Positions 27,550 to 47,071 of a stretch of 64,000 nt of DNA are shown piece after piece. The position numbers and the translations under genes were made by a program. The notes beneath the pieces were generated by a model that ran no database searches, was not told the DNA's origin, and saw nothing but the letters and a program-made list of their open reading frames with translations. Each line of letters starts with the position of its first letter. Position 1 is the first letter of the stretch. The DNA lies in assembly GCF_009914755.1 (NCBI RefSeq), contig NC_060935.1, one strand, 5' to 3'. Origin of the DNA: the human T2T-CHM13v2.0 reference genome, Homo sapiens.

Positions 27550-29381
27550 CAGAAGCTGTTTTTCAAAAGGAGAATAGTTATCTTCAGAAGAGGACATGTC
27601 TTTGCTCTAAAATCCCAGTGGTCTCTTCTGTGACACCTGTTGGAGCCTGCCAGAGGCCTCATACAGAATCCCTACTTGCCCCGGACACCTCAAGATCCAC
27701 TGGATCTGTTGGGTCTGTTGGGCTCAATAGCATGACAGCTTGAAAGCAGCCTGGATGTATTGCAGAGGCTTCTCTCATTCTGGGTCCTGAAACTGGCAGC
27801 AGCCTTGCAGGTTACCAGTGAGTCGGTCGGAAGAGCACACCTGAATGAGGTGTAAGCTGCACCAAAACCCAGAGCCCCACCAAAGGTCATGCCACTTTCT
27901 TAACAGGAGGGGGTGCCTGGTGCAGCAACTGGTCTTCCTCTTCAAGGGGCTATCTCAACACGCCCCCCACCATTGTACCCCTAGAAACTTCACTGAGATG
28001 TTAGGCGTTTTGTGGGGTTCATTTCCCACTGGCTGACATGCCTGTGTCTTGCCAAGATGGCTCGGGTATTTACTGTTTCTTCTCAGGTCCAACGCACACA
28101 TGCTATCACTACAGTGGGTCGGTTCGTCAGCCTGTGGAATGGTGAGGTAATGGAAGTACTCCAGAACTAGCTGTCACAGAGGGCTGGAGAGTTGGTAGAC
28201 CTGAGGTAAGGGGGTAAAGGTGTTTTCCTGTCACTGCCCAACGGAACACACTTCTCATTTGTTTCTATTTTTTTCTTTTTTTTTTTTTGAGACAGAGTCT
28301 TGCCCTATCGCCCAGGCTGGAGTGCAGTGGTACAATGATGGCTCATTGCAACCTCTGCCTCCCAGGTTCAAGCAATTCTTGTGCCTCAGCCTCCTGAGTA
28401 GCTGGGACTACAGGCATGCACCATCATGCCTGGCTAATTTTTGTATTTTTAGTGGAGACGGGGTTGTGGTATGTTGGCCAGGCTGGTCTTGAACTCCTGA
28501 CCTCAAGTGATCCTCCGCCTAGGCCTCCCAAAGTGCTGGGATTAGAGGCATGAGCCACCGCGCCTGGCCTGTTTCTGTTAAGTAATGAGTATAGAGAAAA
28601 ATAATTGGTATTGAGTGTTGGGAGCTGTGTTGATTTGCTCCATAAAAACATTACATCCAGAAAAGCACATGAAGTTGCAGTTACTGCTTGACTAAGTTCA
28701 CAATATGACTTTTGGTTTTCCATGTTGGGAGAGAGAGGCAGTGCTGGTGGCATCCATGTGGCCCTTTCTACCATAGTAGCCCTCACTCTACCAGTCAAGG
28801 AGCCACCCCATGGCTTCTACACCACTGAGTGCCTCTTCCACTGTACTTTCCAGAATGAGAAAATAACCACAGGGTGGGTTTCAGGGCCTGCGGAGCCTCC
28901 CATGAGACGGATCAGAACAAACCCCATTCATTGCTTGACCTCCAAAAGCCCCTGCTTTGACTGTGGGACCGCAGTGGCTGTGTGCATCAGGCACAACGAG
29001 TACCGCTAAGACTCAGTTCCCTGTGACCGCCCTCCCCTCTGGGTATTTGCCTTTCCATATTCACTCTTCCCAGATAAATGGCACAGGTCCCTTTGGGGAC
29101 AGCAAGGAAAATGTGTGTACATTGTAAATGTTTGGTGGCAGAGCAGCGTCCTTCCTCAGTGAGACCCAGCCTCACTTTATTCAAGGAGCTCTGGGTAAAA
29201 TCTGGGAACTGGGTCAGGGCGCCGAGCCTCCACCACAGTGACTCGAGTCAGCTGTCCGTTCACAGAGCTCCTTAATCAGGTCAAGTAAGATCTTAGTAGG
29301 TTGCCAAGATGTTAGGCTGAATGATGTTAAATTGTAGTTTTTCTTGTTGAAAATGGTTAAACAGCCGGGCACGGTAGCTCA

Positions 29382-29770
<389 letters not shown>

Positions 29771-30214
29771 TTAACCACTGCCAGGGAACTCTGGGGTGGG
29801 GGTGGGGGGTCAAGCCATTCTGATTATTAATCCAGTTCTCTGTGATGTAACGACACCCTCCCTGTCTGCGTGGTGAACTGTCCCTTGGCCCCGCCACTTT
29901 GGGATTCCACCATCCTCACTGAATTCAGGAAGCCCATTTCAATGGCAGCATCTCCCACTGTCACTCCTGGCCTGCAGAGAGCAGCCACTACAAACTCTTC
30001 AAACATGCTGATGTTCCTGACCCAGTGTCTTTCTCAATGCTTGGGTGAGGGGCCCTCCTGAGGGCCTAGTTAGGGGATGAAAGAGTAGATTGCGGCTGGG
30101 CGCAGTGGCTCACGCCTGTAATCCCAGCACTTTGGGAGGCCGAGGCAGGTGGATCACCTGAGGTCAGGAGTTCAAGAGCAGCCTGACCAATATGGTGAAA
30201 CCCTGTCTCTACTA

Positions 30215-30441
<227 letters not shown>

Positions 30442-30789
30442 TTAACTCTGGGTTTTTTTTTTTTCTGTTTTGGTTTTGTTTGTTTGTTTGTTTTTCGAGA
30501 CAGGGTCTCTCTCTGTCATCCAGGCTGGAGTGCAGTGGTGTGATCACAGCTCACTGCAGCCTCATCCTCCTGGGCTCAGGCCTCCTGAGTAGCTGGGACC
30601 ACAGGTGCGCACCACCACACCTGGCTAATTTGTTCCATTTTTTTGTAGAGATGAGGCTTCACCTTGTTGCCCAGGCTGGTCTCAAACTCCTGTGCTCAAG
30701 TGATCCATCTGTCTTGGCCTCCCAAGTGCTGGGATTCTGGGTGTGAGCCACTGTGCTTGGCCCTACTCTTTGGACACCTTTCTCTACTG

Positions 30790-30992
30790 CAGTGGCTCTC
30801 AATCAGGGGAGATTTTGCCCCCCATGGGGACACTTAGCAATGTCCAGAGGCATCTTTGGTTGTTATGGCTGGGAGGGGTACGTTTCTAGCATTGAGTGGG
30901 CAAGGGATACTGCTAAGGTCCCCACAACCTCCCCCAACAGCAAAGAGCCATCTGGCCTCAAATATCAATAGTGCTGAAGTAGAAAAACTCTG
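30790..30992. mobile_element. MER20 (hAT-Charlie MITE) inserted in the ERV-L gag
   Basis: cagtggctctcaatcaggggagattttgcccccc...gaaaaactctg matches the MER20 consensus. Degenerate 8-bp TSD ctctactg/ctccacgg. Confidence 0.85.
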
Positions 30993-31052
30993 CTCCACGG
31001 AATTCCAAAGAAGTCCTGGAATCCCATCTTCATTTAAAATGGGTCACCACTG

Positions 31053-31669
<617 letters not shown>

Positions 31670-32641
31670 TCACCACTGCTCCAGGTTTCAGTTGATGGAA
31701 TGGGCCAACTCTGAGAGCCACTCCCAGGTGCTGAGTGGACACGTGGAGCTCAGAATCTCTGGTGAGTGCACCATATCAAAATAATTAAGCCTGACCCGGC
31801 ATTACTTTCTTCCCCCACCCCGCCGGTCTGACACCCTTAGGGTTTGTTCCCCTACAGATTTCCTAGGTTTCTGCCAGTATGAACCAGAAATAGCTTGCAA
31901 TTCTTTTGTTGTGTATAGTACATCTTCCTGGGTCAGATTTTGTGGCCACATTCCTGGAGCTCACCGGGATTTCGATCTAGAAGCTGGAGGTGGTAGGGGC
32001 TCTTGAGGAAGAGTCTACCCTAGGATTAGAATCTTCCCAAATGGAATCCGTTCCACCATTCAGGGATCCACTCTTTCCCCGTCAGTGCCCTGACTTTCAC
32101 AGAAGAGAAACTTGCGGCCCTGAGTTCAAGTGTAGTAGTTGAACTTGATTCTATTTTGCCACCCAGGGGATCAGAGTTTGGATTTGTTTATTTTTTTGAT
32201 CTCTCAACTCTGTGGCTACAAGAGATATGGACTTCTTTTCAAGCACCAGTGGAGGGTTTCTGGTACTTTAGGTCTTGAACTGGATATTTAAAACCCTGAG
32301 CTCCTATTTTTTTCCCCCAGCAAATTCTCCGGTGCAATAGGAGGAGGCCACCAACTTCACAGGATGCAAACTCTGTATTTCACCATCGCGTTCTGTTGCA
32401 ACAGCTACCGTTGCCTGTTTGCCTTCTGCAGGCACTTGACCCCATGTGATTGCTGATGAGGACTGCAGCAAGCTTCCCACACCTTCCCCAGCCCCACCCT
32501 CCAGCTCCTCCTGCATTTATGGAAGCACTGATTTCTATAGTAAGCCCCTTTTTCTCTGGAATGCATGGAGTGGCCCTGCTTTCCTCTCCAAACTCAGATG
32601 GATATGGTTTTTAATTTTTTAGTTTAAAAAAATTTCTTTTT

Positions 32642-33888
<1,247 letters not shown>

Positions 33889-34900
33889 ACCCGTCTCATT
33901 GTTAAACTCTTACCAGGAACCTTATAGAGAAGGGGATTCAAGGACTTGCAGCCTTAGAGGGATGTGCTGGCGGGGCCACGTTACTCTTTCTTGGTTTAGT
34001 GTAGATTTTGTTGTTGAGAACCTTTGTGTTTTTATTCTTGTGGCTACCCTCCCCCAATACCTTCATATGATACCTTTAATCCCCTCTTTTTTGGCAGGGG
34101 GGATTGTCGATTGGTTTTCTTTTGTTGATTGGTGTTCTTTACTCAGTTTAAAAATTTTTTATTTTATTTTATTATTTCAGAAAAATTTTCTTGAATTATA
34201 ATTATTATTTGTTCTGCTTCATTGCTTTGGTTTTCTTCTGGGATTCCTATTGTATGTATCTTGAATCTTATTTGCCTATTTTCTATAGCTATAATTTTCT
34301 CTAGACTTTTTTTTTTTTTGGCTTCAACATTTCTTTTTGGTTTAAAATTTTTTCTGCTTTCTTTCTTTCTTCCTTACTTTCTTCTTTCTTCCCCCTTCCC
34401 TCCCTTTCTTCCTCCCTCCCTCCTTTCTTTTTTTCTCTCTCTCTTTCTTCCCCTCCCTCCCTCCCTCTCGTCCTTCCTTCCTTCCTTCCTTCTTTCCTTC
34501 CTTCCCTTCTTTCTAGATAAGAGTCTTGTTTTGCGCAGGTTGGACTTGAACTCCTGGGCTCAAGCGATCCTCCCTCCTCAGTCCCCGAGTAGTTGTGACC
34601 GCAGACATGAGCCTCAACAGCCTGCTTTTCCTAGTCTGTTTCTCTTAAGGCTTTATTTGTGGTACTCATTTGCCCTTCTACTCCTTTTAGTTTCAGTCTT
34701 CATTTCTTAATTCCTTTTCTCTTTTAAACTCCTTTCTGATTTCATCATCTCTTTACAACTTTTCCTTTTCACCGATTGCTTCATTTCTGAGTTTTTCTAG
34801 TTTTGATTTATGCTATTTTCCATAACTTCTATTAGTTTCTTAATATCTAAAATCATAGCTTGTTGTGCAATGTTAAAGTGACTGCTTCTGTCTGTTTTGA

Positions 34901-35320
<420 letters not shown>

Positions 35321-35416
35321 TGATCATTTCCCCCCCACAGTGAGATGCATCTTTCTGAATATCTCTGGGGGAAAGGTGGGCCAGGATAGCTCCCTTGAGA
35401 GCGCCCTCTGCTCTTA

Positions 35417-35466
35417 TTAAGTTGGTGCAAAAGTAAAAAACTGCAATTACTTTTGCACCAACCTAA
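35417..35466. mobile_element. Internally deleted MADE1 (Hsmar1 mariner MITE)
   Basis: TIRs ttaagttggtgcaaaagtaa / ttacttttgcaccaacctaa flanked by TA TSDs (35415-16, 35467-68). Confidence 0.9.
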
Positions 35467-36624
35467 TAGTTCTGAGAAGAGATGGTAAACACAGCCCCTT
35501 GCTTTCTGCAACCTGCTGCCTCTGTTCTCTTCTCTCCCTTTTACTGGGACCTGTTTTCCTTTGTGCTTCTGCCCTGGTCAATTTGGATTCTACCCCCAGC
35601 AATTTCTTCTCGGGGCAGGGCTTTGTCTTGGAAGCGAGTTGCATTTTGTGAATTTCAAGAGTCCATGACCCAGATGGCTCCGGCACCGTCTGCCTTACTG
35701 CTTTCTCCTTGCAGGCGCCTGCAAGTGGAAGGAAGGCTGTGAGTCTCCCTGCTTTGACTCTTGTTCTCTGACTGGACTATGGGCTTTCCAGGGAGTACCT
35801 GCTGTGATTTGGGGGTCTCTCCAGATCTCAGGACCATCAGAATCCCCGTCTGCATTGACTTCTCTCCTCTTCCTCTCCTGCGGTTGCTGATACCATGCAA
35901 GGCTTGTGGCTGTCAGTGACTTTGTACCCCCCTGCTTGTGTGCTGTGGACACCTTGCCATCTAGTCCCGTTGTGGCTATAGTTATCCAGAGGTTTTTGGT
36001 TTTTCTATCCTAGATGCTCTGTCAATTGTTGGGGAATTTGGGGAGGTGGAAAAAACTATGGCATCACTGTCCCATCTTCCCAAAATTGCTTTCAAACCCA
36101 CTTACCAAAAAGTAGCAGAAACATTCATTATAAAAGCCACAGTGTGGATGGCAGCCCCCAGTGTTCTTCAGGGGAAATGAGAAGCTTCAAAGAGCAGAGC
36201 ATGACATGTCTCAGGGCCTGGGCCCCTGTCTTGAGACTGCAGAGACTCTGTGGATAGAGCTCTAAGCAGGGCTGCCCTGTCCTGTTGCTGGGTTGTGCAC
36301 TCCTCAAGTGCCCCTGGCTGAGAGGGTAAGTGGGGCTGAATCCCAGCCCATGCTGTTTGCTGAGTCCTGCGTCTGGTCCTGGGATGTACCCCTCCCACCT
36401 TGATAATGTACGCAGGACCTAGCAGCTTTCCTGACCATAGGGGAGGGGGTGGCTGTGTGGTTTTGAGGCCTTTTTTCTGCGGGGGGCGGAGGGGGGTCCC
36501 TGCAGGGAGGCCTGCAAAGCCTGAGTTCTCTCCCTGAGATGGGGAGAGTGACCACCAAGTTCCATGCATGTCCTCCCGGGTCTGAGCTGCACCAAAGTCA
36601 CTTCTGGTAGAAACGTGGAGCTCC

Positions 36625-37035
<411 letters not shown>

Positions 37036-38679
37036 TCATGCTGGCTTGGCCCAGTCCACAGGGGCTCCAGGTAGAGGGACTCTAGAGCCACAGTCCTCCT
37101 GGAGGAGTTTCCCCAACTTTCCAGCCCCTGGCCCGCCGTGGACTGCTGGGGTTCCCGGTTGGTGCGGGCCCTTTTCTGCCCCTCGGTTTGTGATCACACT
37201 GTTTTCTTTACCACTGTCCCTTGGAAAACTTCCATGCATCCTTCAGGGCCCAGCTCAGATGTCACCTCCTCCAGGAAGCCTCCTCATGAAGCCTTGCTTC
37301 TTAGCCCAAGCTCAGTTTGTCCCTTCCGTAAGTGCTGCTGCTCCTGACTCCATTCAACACGTGTGGATTCTGTCGTGCATCCAAACACCATTTGCTGAGC
37401 AGCTACTATGTGTTCAGTCTCTGTGTGTTACCCTGGGGTAAATAAGACAGACCTGGCTCCTGGCCCCGGGGGTGTGTGCGGTGAGATTATCAGGGAGGGG
37501 CACCATGGCAGATATGCTGCTGTCCCCAGTGCCCAGCAAGGACCTGGCATGCAGGAGATGCTTCATGGGGGTTTGGTGCTGGGCGAACGTCCTCAGCGTG
37601 GAGGCCTCAGCCAGCACAGCAGGGGAGCAGAGGCTGTCTTTGGCATTAATCCCTGAGTAGCTTCCTGGTCCCAGCTGCTGGGCTGGGGGACATCGCCCAC
37701 TCTCCAAGCTGCTCACATACATTAGTAGCCGCTGGAGATGGGTGGGGGCTTCTCAGCTTCACAGGGGCAAGGTGCAGTGGCAGAGTAGGCCTTGCCCATG
37801 AACCGCCAGGGTCCCCTAGCCGAGATGAGTTCCCTCTGGCAGGCTGTGGAAGGATCATCCCTCCCTGGGTGCGTGACCCCCAGCCCCGCCCGACCTCAGG
37901 TCTATCCCGGGGCCTCCCCTCCCACCTCCGAGCTCTGGGTCCCCCGCTGTAAAAAGCCTGCAAGGCTGGCTCAGAGTCTGGTCCCAGGGCAACTGTGGGG
38001 TTGGCCGTGGCCCCACCCTACTGGGTCTCACTCACTCTCAGCTCACCTCAAAGCCCTGAGGTGGGAGTCCTGTGGAGCCCCTTTCTGTGCCAGAGCACAC
38101 CCAGACTTTTCTCTTCCAGCCTGGGGCTCATCGTCTGAGGGCAGGGCTGCCTTTAAGACATCGTGGGGTTCGGCCACCCCAGTGCAAGCTGCCCCCACCA
38201 CGGCCCCTCTTCAGGCCCAGGGGTGAATGGCTGCTTGTACCAGGTAACCGCAGCCCAGTCTCAAGCCATTGTGTCCCTGAGGCACCTGGTCCCCCTGGAG
38301 GGTCGGCCTTCTTCCCCTCTAATCCCCCCAGGCCTCTCCCAGGGACCTCTTAAAAGCACAGATCCCACGTGTTTCTCTCCCTTGCTCAAGACCGTCTGGC
38401 GGCCTTCTCCTTGCTCTCGGAGTGAGGTCTAAACCCCTCAGCACGGACACCAGGCCCCACGGGGTCTGCAGCTGCCCCTCACTTCCTCTGGGTCATCTCC
38501 CCTCAAGCTCACTGCTCCCAGCACCGCCCCTGCACACTGCGGCTCCTCCTGCCTCCCTGTCTGTACCCACCGTGTGGAGGACCCCTCATCAGCCTTCAGA
38601 CTTCAGCTGAAGCGGCACCTCCTCCCAGAGGATCTCCCTGTTTATCTCATTTAAAGATGGCCCGCTGCGTGTGCGCTTT

Positions 38680-39060
38680 TGAAAATTGCACCATAATTCG
38701 CTTACTATAAAATGGGCCCTCTTAAAAGGATACACTTCAGTGGCTTTTAGTATATTCACAAGGTTGAACAACCATGACCACTTTCCAATTTCAGAATGTT
38801 CTCATCACCCCAAAAGGAAACCCTATCCCCGTAAGCAGTCTCTCCCTGTTCCTCCCTCTTCCCAGGCCCTGGCAACTGTAAAGCTGCTTTTTCTCTCTCA
38901 GGACCTGCCTCTTCTGGACATTTCGTATAAATGGAATCGTGTAATATGTGGCCTTTCGAGCTGGGCTTCCTTCACTCAACGTCATGTTTCCAAGATCCAT
39001 CCCCATTGAAGCTGGTGTCGGAGCCTCACTGCTTTCTGCGGGCAAGTAACATACCATCCG
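38680..39060 (-). mobile_element. L1MB-like 3' end fragment
   Basis: ttcagtggcttttagtatattcaca..tttcagaatgttctcatcaccccaaaaggaaacc..tataaatggaatc. Confidence 0.8.
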
Positions 39061-39145
39061 GAGTGGGTTACGTTGGTTCCTTTCATCAGTCCCTTGGTAG
39101 CACAAGTCCAGTTTGTACTTTCTATTTTTATTTTATTTTATTTTA

Positions 39146-39404
<259 letters not shown>

Positions 39405-39977
39405 TCACCCTGCCGCGCGGCTGGAGCTGCCATGCCATCACAGCTCACCTCAGCCTCAAACCTCGGGTGCTCCTTGTGTGTGGTTGTCGGGGGAGGGTCT
39501 GAGCTCGGCACTGCCTCCTTGCAGGGGTGCATGGTGCCACCTGCAGCACGTTTGCACTCCCCGACCCAGGACAGACTGGTGGTGCCCCCTTGCCGGCCCC
39601 TGCGCCCCTCCACGCAGGGAGATCTGTGCCCTAGGAACAGCTCCCAGCCATGGCCAGGGACCACCGGGAGTGGGGAGAACAGCCTGCTTTCCCACCTCCC
39701 CGATACCTCTGAGGCTTGTTCTATGTGGTCTCCCAGAGGTCTCCACGGGGCCTAGCCCCGCTGCCACTGCTGAAAACTTGCCTTATTTGGCTTCTCCCCT
39801 CCCCTGCGCCCCTTCCCTCTTTCCCTCCCACCCTTCCCAGGCTCTCCACCAAAACACACTACTTGTGCTCAAATCCTTGTCTCAGCGGGAGCGTCCAGGG
39901 CCCTGGCCTAAGAGCTGGCAAGACCCCAGCTTCCACCCCGCTGGCTGTCCTCCCAGCTAGGCCTGACTGGCCCCTGC

Positions 39978-40168
39978 TTCTCCTGGGGCTTCACCCCCAG
40001 TGCCCCTCCCAGCCTTTTCCCCTCTCTGTACCCCCAACCCCCTCTCCCGGGGCTTCACCCCAGGGGCCCCTCCCAGCCTTCTCCCCTCTCTGCACCCCCG
40101 ACCCCTCTCCCAGGGCTTCATCCCAGGGGCCCCTCCCAGACTTCTCCCCTCTCTGTACCCCCAACCCC
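39978..40168. repeat. 63-64-bp C-rich tandem repeat, about 3 copies
   Basis: Landmark ggcttca at 39987, 40051 and 40114. Confidence 0.85.
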
Positions 40169-40648
40169 ACAGGCCTCTGGGCTCGGACTTCAGCCCTCAC
40201 TTTCCCGACGCCACCCTAGTGACTCTCGTCCCCCACCGGCCCCTTCCTTGGCTGCCACCACAAGCCATTTGGTTCACAACATAGCAAATGGCCTGGGTCT
40301 CCCCGAATTCCTGTTGCTTGTGTCATATGCAAGAGAACTCAAAATAGCACGTGCAGCCTGCCCTGGCCTGGGAAGTATCTGGTTTTCCCAGGGGTTGGTC
40401 CCCAGGGCAGGACAAGGGGGTTTGCTCACCAACACCCCATTTTTGGGCCCTGTGCCCAGCTCACACGCTCTCCTTCCCCTCCAGGGCCAGGCTTGGCTTT
40501 CACTGTGCCCCTCGCTCACTGTGTGACCTCAGACAACGCACACAGCCTCTCTGAGTCTTCATTTCCCAGCGTGCAACACAGGGATAATTCCTGGGCTGCT
40601 CTGGGCAGTAGTTTCAAGGTTGAAGTGTGACAAGGGATGGGAGAATAG

Positions 40649-40930
<282 letters not shown>

Positions 40931-42249
40931 AGGGATTGGAGAATACCTGGTGATTTTAAAACAGCATTTTTTTTTTTCTCCCAGAGAATGGGCATGAAGG
41001 GAAGGGGGTGGGAGGGCAGAAACCTGGCCTGGGGCCCTACCGCATGTCCCTTCTGTCTGCAAACCTGGGCCCTCACCATCATTATCCCCATTCTACAGAT
41101 ACAGAAACCGAGGCTCAGTGAGATCCTGGGGTTGCCAGAGCTCATGGGGCTGGCGGTGGGTGGGTCAGGGCACAGGCTTTGCTCACATGACCATGAGGCT
41201 GACGGTTTTTGCTTTCTTCCACGTGATCTTAGCAATCATCAGAGACTGTTACAATGAGCACGTTTGGTGTTATTCATTAGTGCCTAGGACAGTTCATGAT
41301 ATGTAGTAGGTGCTCAGTAGATGCGTGGGTGAATGAATGAATGAATGAATGAATAAAACCACAGAGCTCCCCTTAGAAAGACCGATACGGATACATGACC
41401 CCTGTGGATGCAGCTAAACAGAGGAAACCCAGCTGCACGTGGGCAGTCGGCCTGACGCACCCGGAGCCGGGGAAGTAAATATGGCCAAGAAGCACCTGGA
41501 GCAGGTCCCGGGTGCTCAACCGCAGACGGCCAGTCTCCAGGCTGCGGGGACGCTCGGGTCCTTCTTGGGAGGTTCCTGCAGGGGAGCGGAGCTCCTGCCT
41601 CCCCAGGCATTCTCCGTCTTGGGAGACATTGATTTCAGTGCAGTGCTGGTGCCTCCAACTCATTGCTGGACCTCACAGAAGCCCCGGCAGCCTCCCCGGA
41701 AGACATCATTTCTTCCTCCTATAAAATAAAGGGGGAGAGATGATGGGCACTTTGGCCAAAGTAACACAACTGGGGCAGTTTTTGGAAACCCAGGGAGGTA
41801 TTTCTGATATTCAAACCAAGTTAGGTGCAACCTCTGAGTGCCTTGGGAGAAAAAGCTCCCAGTCGATGGCACCAGCCCTCGGCCTTGGCAGGACATAAGG
41901 GACCCTCAGGCTGAGCCAACATCACTGTCCCCACCAAGAATAAGTCTTTCTCCACTGCTGGTTCCAAAAGACATGCGTGACGGGCAACAAAAGCCACATT
42001 GGAGAGTGCAGCTGTGCTGTGAGGGTCGTTCTTGGTTCATTTATGGGGTAGCGGGGCGGGGGGAAGAGGAGGACAGAGTACTCTTATGACTCTCCTGGGT
42101 TGTTTTCTAGCCTAGGGGGAGGGTAGGGAATGGGGTTTCTGTGCCAGGGACCCCCTTTCTCATCGACCTCACACAACACTGGCTCACACAGCTGGGCCAG
42201 TCTCCTTCGCAAGAGGAAGCCGCTGTGTTGGGGACTTGGACGGCAATCC

Positions 42250-44016
<1,767 letters not shown>

Positions 44017-44045
44017 ATCCCAGCGAGCTGCTGTGGGTTGACCAG

Positions 44046-44420
44046 TGTATTAGTCCATGCTCACATTGCTAATAAAGACATACCTGAGACTGGGTAATTT
44101 CTAAAGGAAAGAGGTTTAATTGACTCACAGTTCAGCATGGCTGGGGAGACCTCAGGAAACTTACAATCATGGCGGAAGGGAAAGCAAATATGTCCTTTTT
44201 CACGTGGCAGCAGCAAGGAGAAGTGCCGAGTAAAAGGGGGAAAAGCCCCACTTATAAAACCATCAGATCTCATGAGGACTCACTACCACAAGAACAGCAG
44301 CATGGGGGTAACTGCCCCCATGATTCAATTACCTTTCACTGGGTCCCTCCCACAACATAGGGATTATGGGAACTATAATTCAAGGTGAGATTTGGGTGGC
44401 GACACAGCCAAACTACATCA
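44046..44420 (-). mobile_element. THE1 (THE1C/D-like) MaLR solo LTR
   Basis: tgtattagtcc..ataaagacatacctgagactgggtaattt..gacacagccaaactacatca; near-TSD accag/accgg. Confidence 0.88.
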
Positions 44421-44727
44421 ACCGGCCTGGGTCAGCCTCACCCTCCTGACATCATCCTACCCTGGGTGGGCCCTGGCCTCGTGTGAAGCAGTGGATGACA
44501 TACCAGGGCTGCTTCCAGACACTGTGCCACCAGCCCTCTGGGCGATGCAACGTCACAAAGTCCCTCTAGCCTCGACTTTCTCATCTGCCAACTAAGAAGA
44601 GTGACAGTGTCCTTGGCTCACAGGCTGGCTGTGAGAACCAGATGGGAAGTGGGGTGTGGGATCTTAGGAGGCATAGGAGCAGGCGTATACCTAAAGTCTC
44701 ACCACTGTAAACTTCCACACTACATAT

Positions 44728-46145
44728 TGTGGTAGGCCACCTTCTAAGATGACCCCCAAGGACTCCTACCTCTTGGTGGTCACAGCTTTGCTCTTCCCTC
44801 CCCTTGCAGGTGGGCTGGACCTGGTGACTTGCTTCTACCTGATAGAATACAGCAAGAGTGATGAGATGTCACTTCCGAGATTAGGTTGGACGGATGGTGA
44901 CTTCCAGCTTGTTAGTCTTCTCTCGGGCTCTTCTTGTTTGCTTGCTCTGGTGAAGCCAGCCACCATGTGGTGAGTTGCCCTGTGGAGAGGCCCATATGGC
45001 AGGGAGCTGAGGGAGGCCTTTGGGTAACAGCCTCTGAGAAACTGAGGCCCTCAGTTCAGTAGCTAGTGAAGAGCTCAATCCAGCCCACAGCCACTGAGCA
45101 AGCTTGGAAGAGGACCCTTCCCTGGGGCAGCTTTGTGCTATTGTAATATAATAAAGAGTGTATATCTGGTTTTCATCTAGGGTTCCTGGCATAGAGTTTC
45201 TAAAACCACTGGAATTTCCTAAGTAAAAGGGGTGAGAGAAGTGTCTTTTGTTACTCATAATAAGCCCCCTTCAACCATACTTGAGTTTATTCTAATGAGG
45301 TGACTCATGGAGGTTGGGGGCTGGTAGCCAGAGGAACCAACCACGTGATTGAGGGTTGCAACTTTCAGCCTCACCCCCAACCTCCAGGGAGGAGAGAGGG
45401 GCCAGAGATTGAGTTCAATCACCCATGGCCAATGATTCAGCCAAGCATGACTATGTGATGGAACCTCCATAAAAACATTGGGTCTCATGAGAACAACAGA
45501 ATACAGAGAGCTGGTTTGGTGGACATATGGAGGCTCTGGGAGGGTGGTGGGCCCAGAGAGGGCATGGAGCCCCTCTCCCATACCTCGATTATACATCTCT
45601 TAGATTTGGCTTTTCCTGAGTTGTATCCATTATAATAAACTGGTAATGGTATGTAGATTGTTTTCCTGAGTTCTATGAGCCATTCTAGCAAATTATTTAA
45701 CTTGAGGAGGAGATTGTGGGAACCTTCAATGTATAGCTGGTCTGTCATTAGTGCAGGAGGCCCTGGACTTTCAACTGACATCTGAAGTGGAGGCAGTCTT
45801 GTGGGATCCCTTAACATGTGGGATCTGCATTAACTCCAGGAAGATAGTGTCAGAATTAAATGGAATTGTAGAACACTCACTTGGCGTCCAGAGAGTTGGT
45901 TGGTGTGTGGGAAAAAATATCCCACACACTTGGTGTCAGAGATGTGAGTAAAGACAGGTCAGAGACCTTGCGATGATTGCAGCCCTGGCTGACACCTTGA
46001 TTACAAGCTCTTGGGAGACCCAGAGTCTGAGGCACTCAGCCAAGCTGCATTCAGATTCCTGCCTAAGAAAAACTAGGAGATAATCAGCATTGTTTTAAAC
46101 CACTAGGTTTTGGGGTTGTTATATGGCCATAGATAACTAATACAC
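44728..46145 (+). mobile_element. MLT1F-like LTR interrupted by a MER21-like LTR (about 45142-45960)
   Basis: MLT1 start tgtggtaggccaccttctaagatgacccc and end atagataactaataca. The MER21-type insert contains gggttcctggcatagag..ggaaccaaccacgtgattgaggg. Confidence 0.7.
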
Positions 46146-46632
46146 ATATTTATTTTAACATCTCTTAGAAAAATAGAACTAACACATCAAATTGAGTTTT
46201 AGTGTTTTATTACTTGCAATGAAACTAAGTAGAGAAAATGAATCAATGTAAATCAATTTGAAGAGAACCGTAAGATAAACAGAGGTACAGATGGGTGTGG
46301 GATGGCAAACAGCAAGGGGTAGAAGGACAATGACTGAAGTTTGGTAAGCACTGAGCTAATTGAGCTGACCGTGATTCCAAAGCCATAGTATGCGTGCTCA
46401 GTGTTAGGAATAATGAAGGGTTACCTCTGTCTGGGTGCAGGAGTCTACAGGGTGCAGCAAGCGCCTCCACCCCCAATGGTAAGTTGTGCCCTGCTGAGGG
46501 GGCTGCATATCAAAATCATCTGGGTTCCCGCTGCCTGCCTCCCATAGCTCCCTCCCGTCCCTAGCTGCTTCTTGCCTTACCCCCAGCCTCAGTGCAGGCA
46601 GCACACCCATCAGGGAAGGAATGACTTTGTGA

Positions 46633-47071
<439 letters not shown>

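Noticed and set aside
32520-32610. Possible 5' LTR of the ERV-L relic
   Set aside because: Only vague LTR-end similarity, apparently in the wrong orientation; no PBS or matching second LTR could be identified.
34222-34710. Hydrophobic 162-aa ORF resembling a membrane protein
   Set aside because: It arises from CT-rich simple repeat, T-rich old LINE-like sequence and an Alu monomer.
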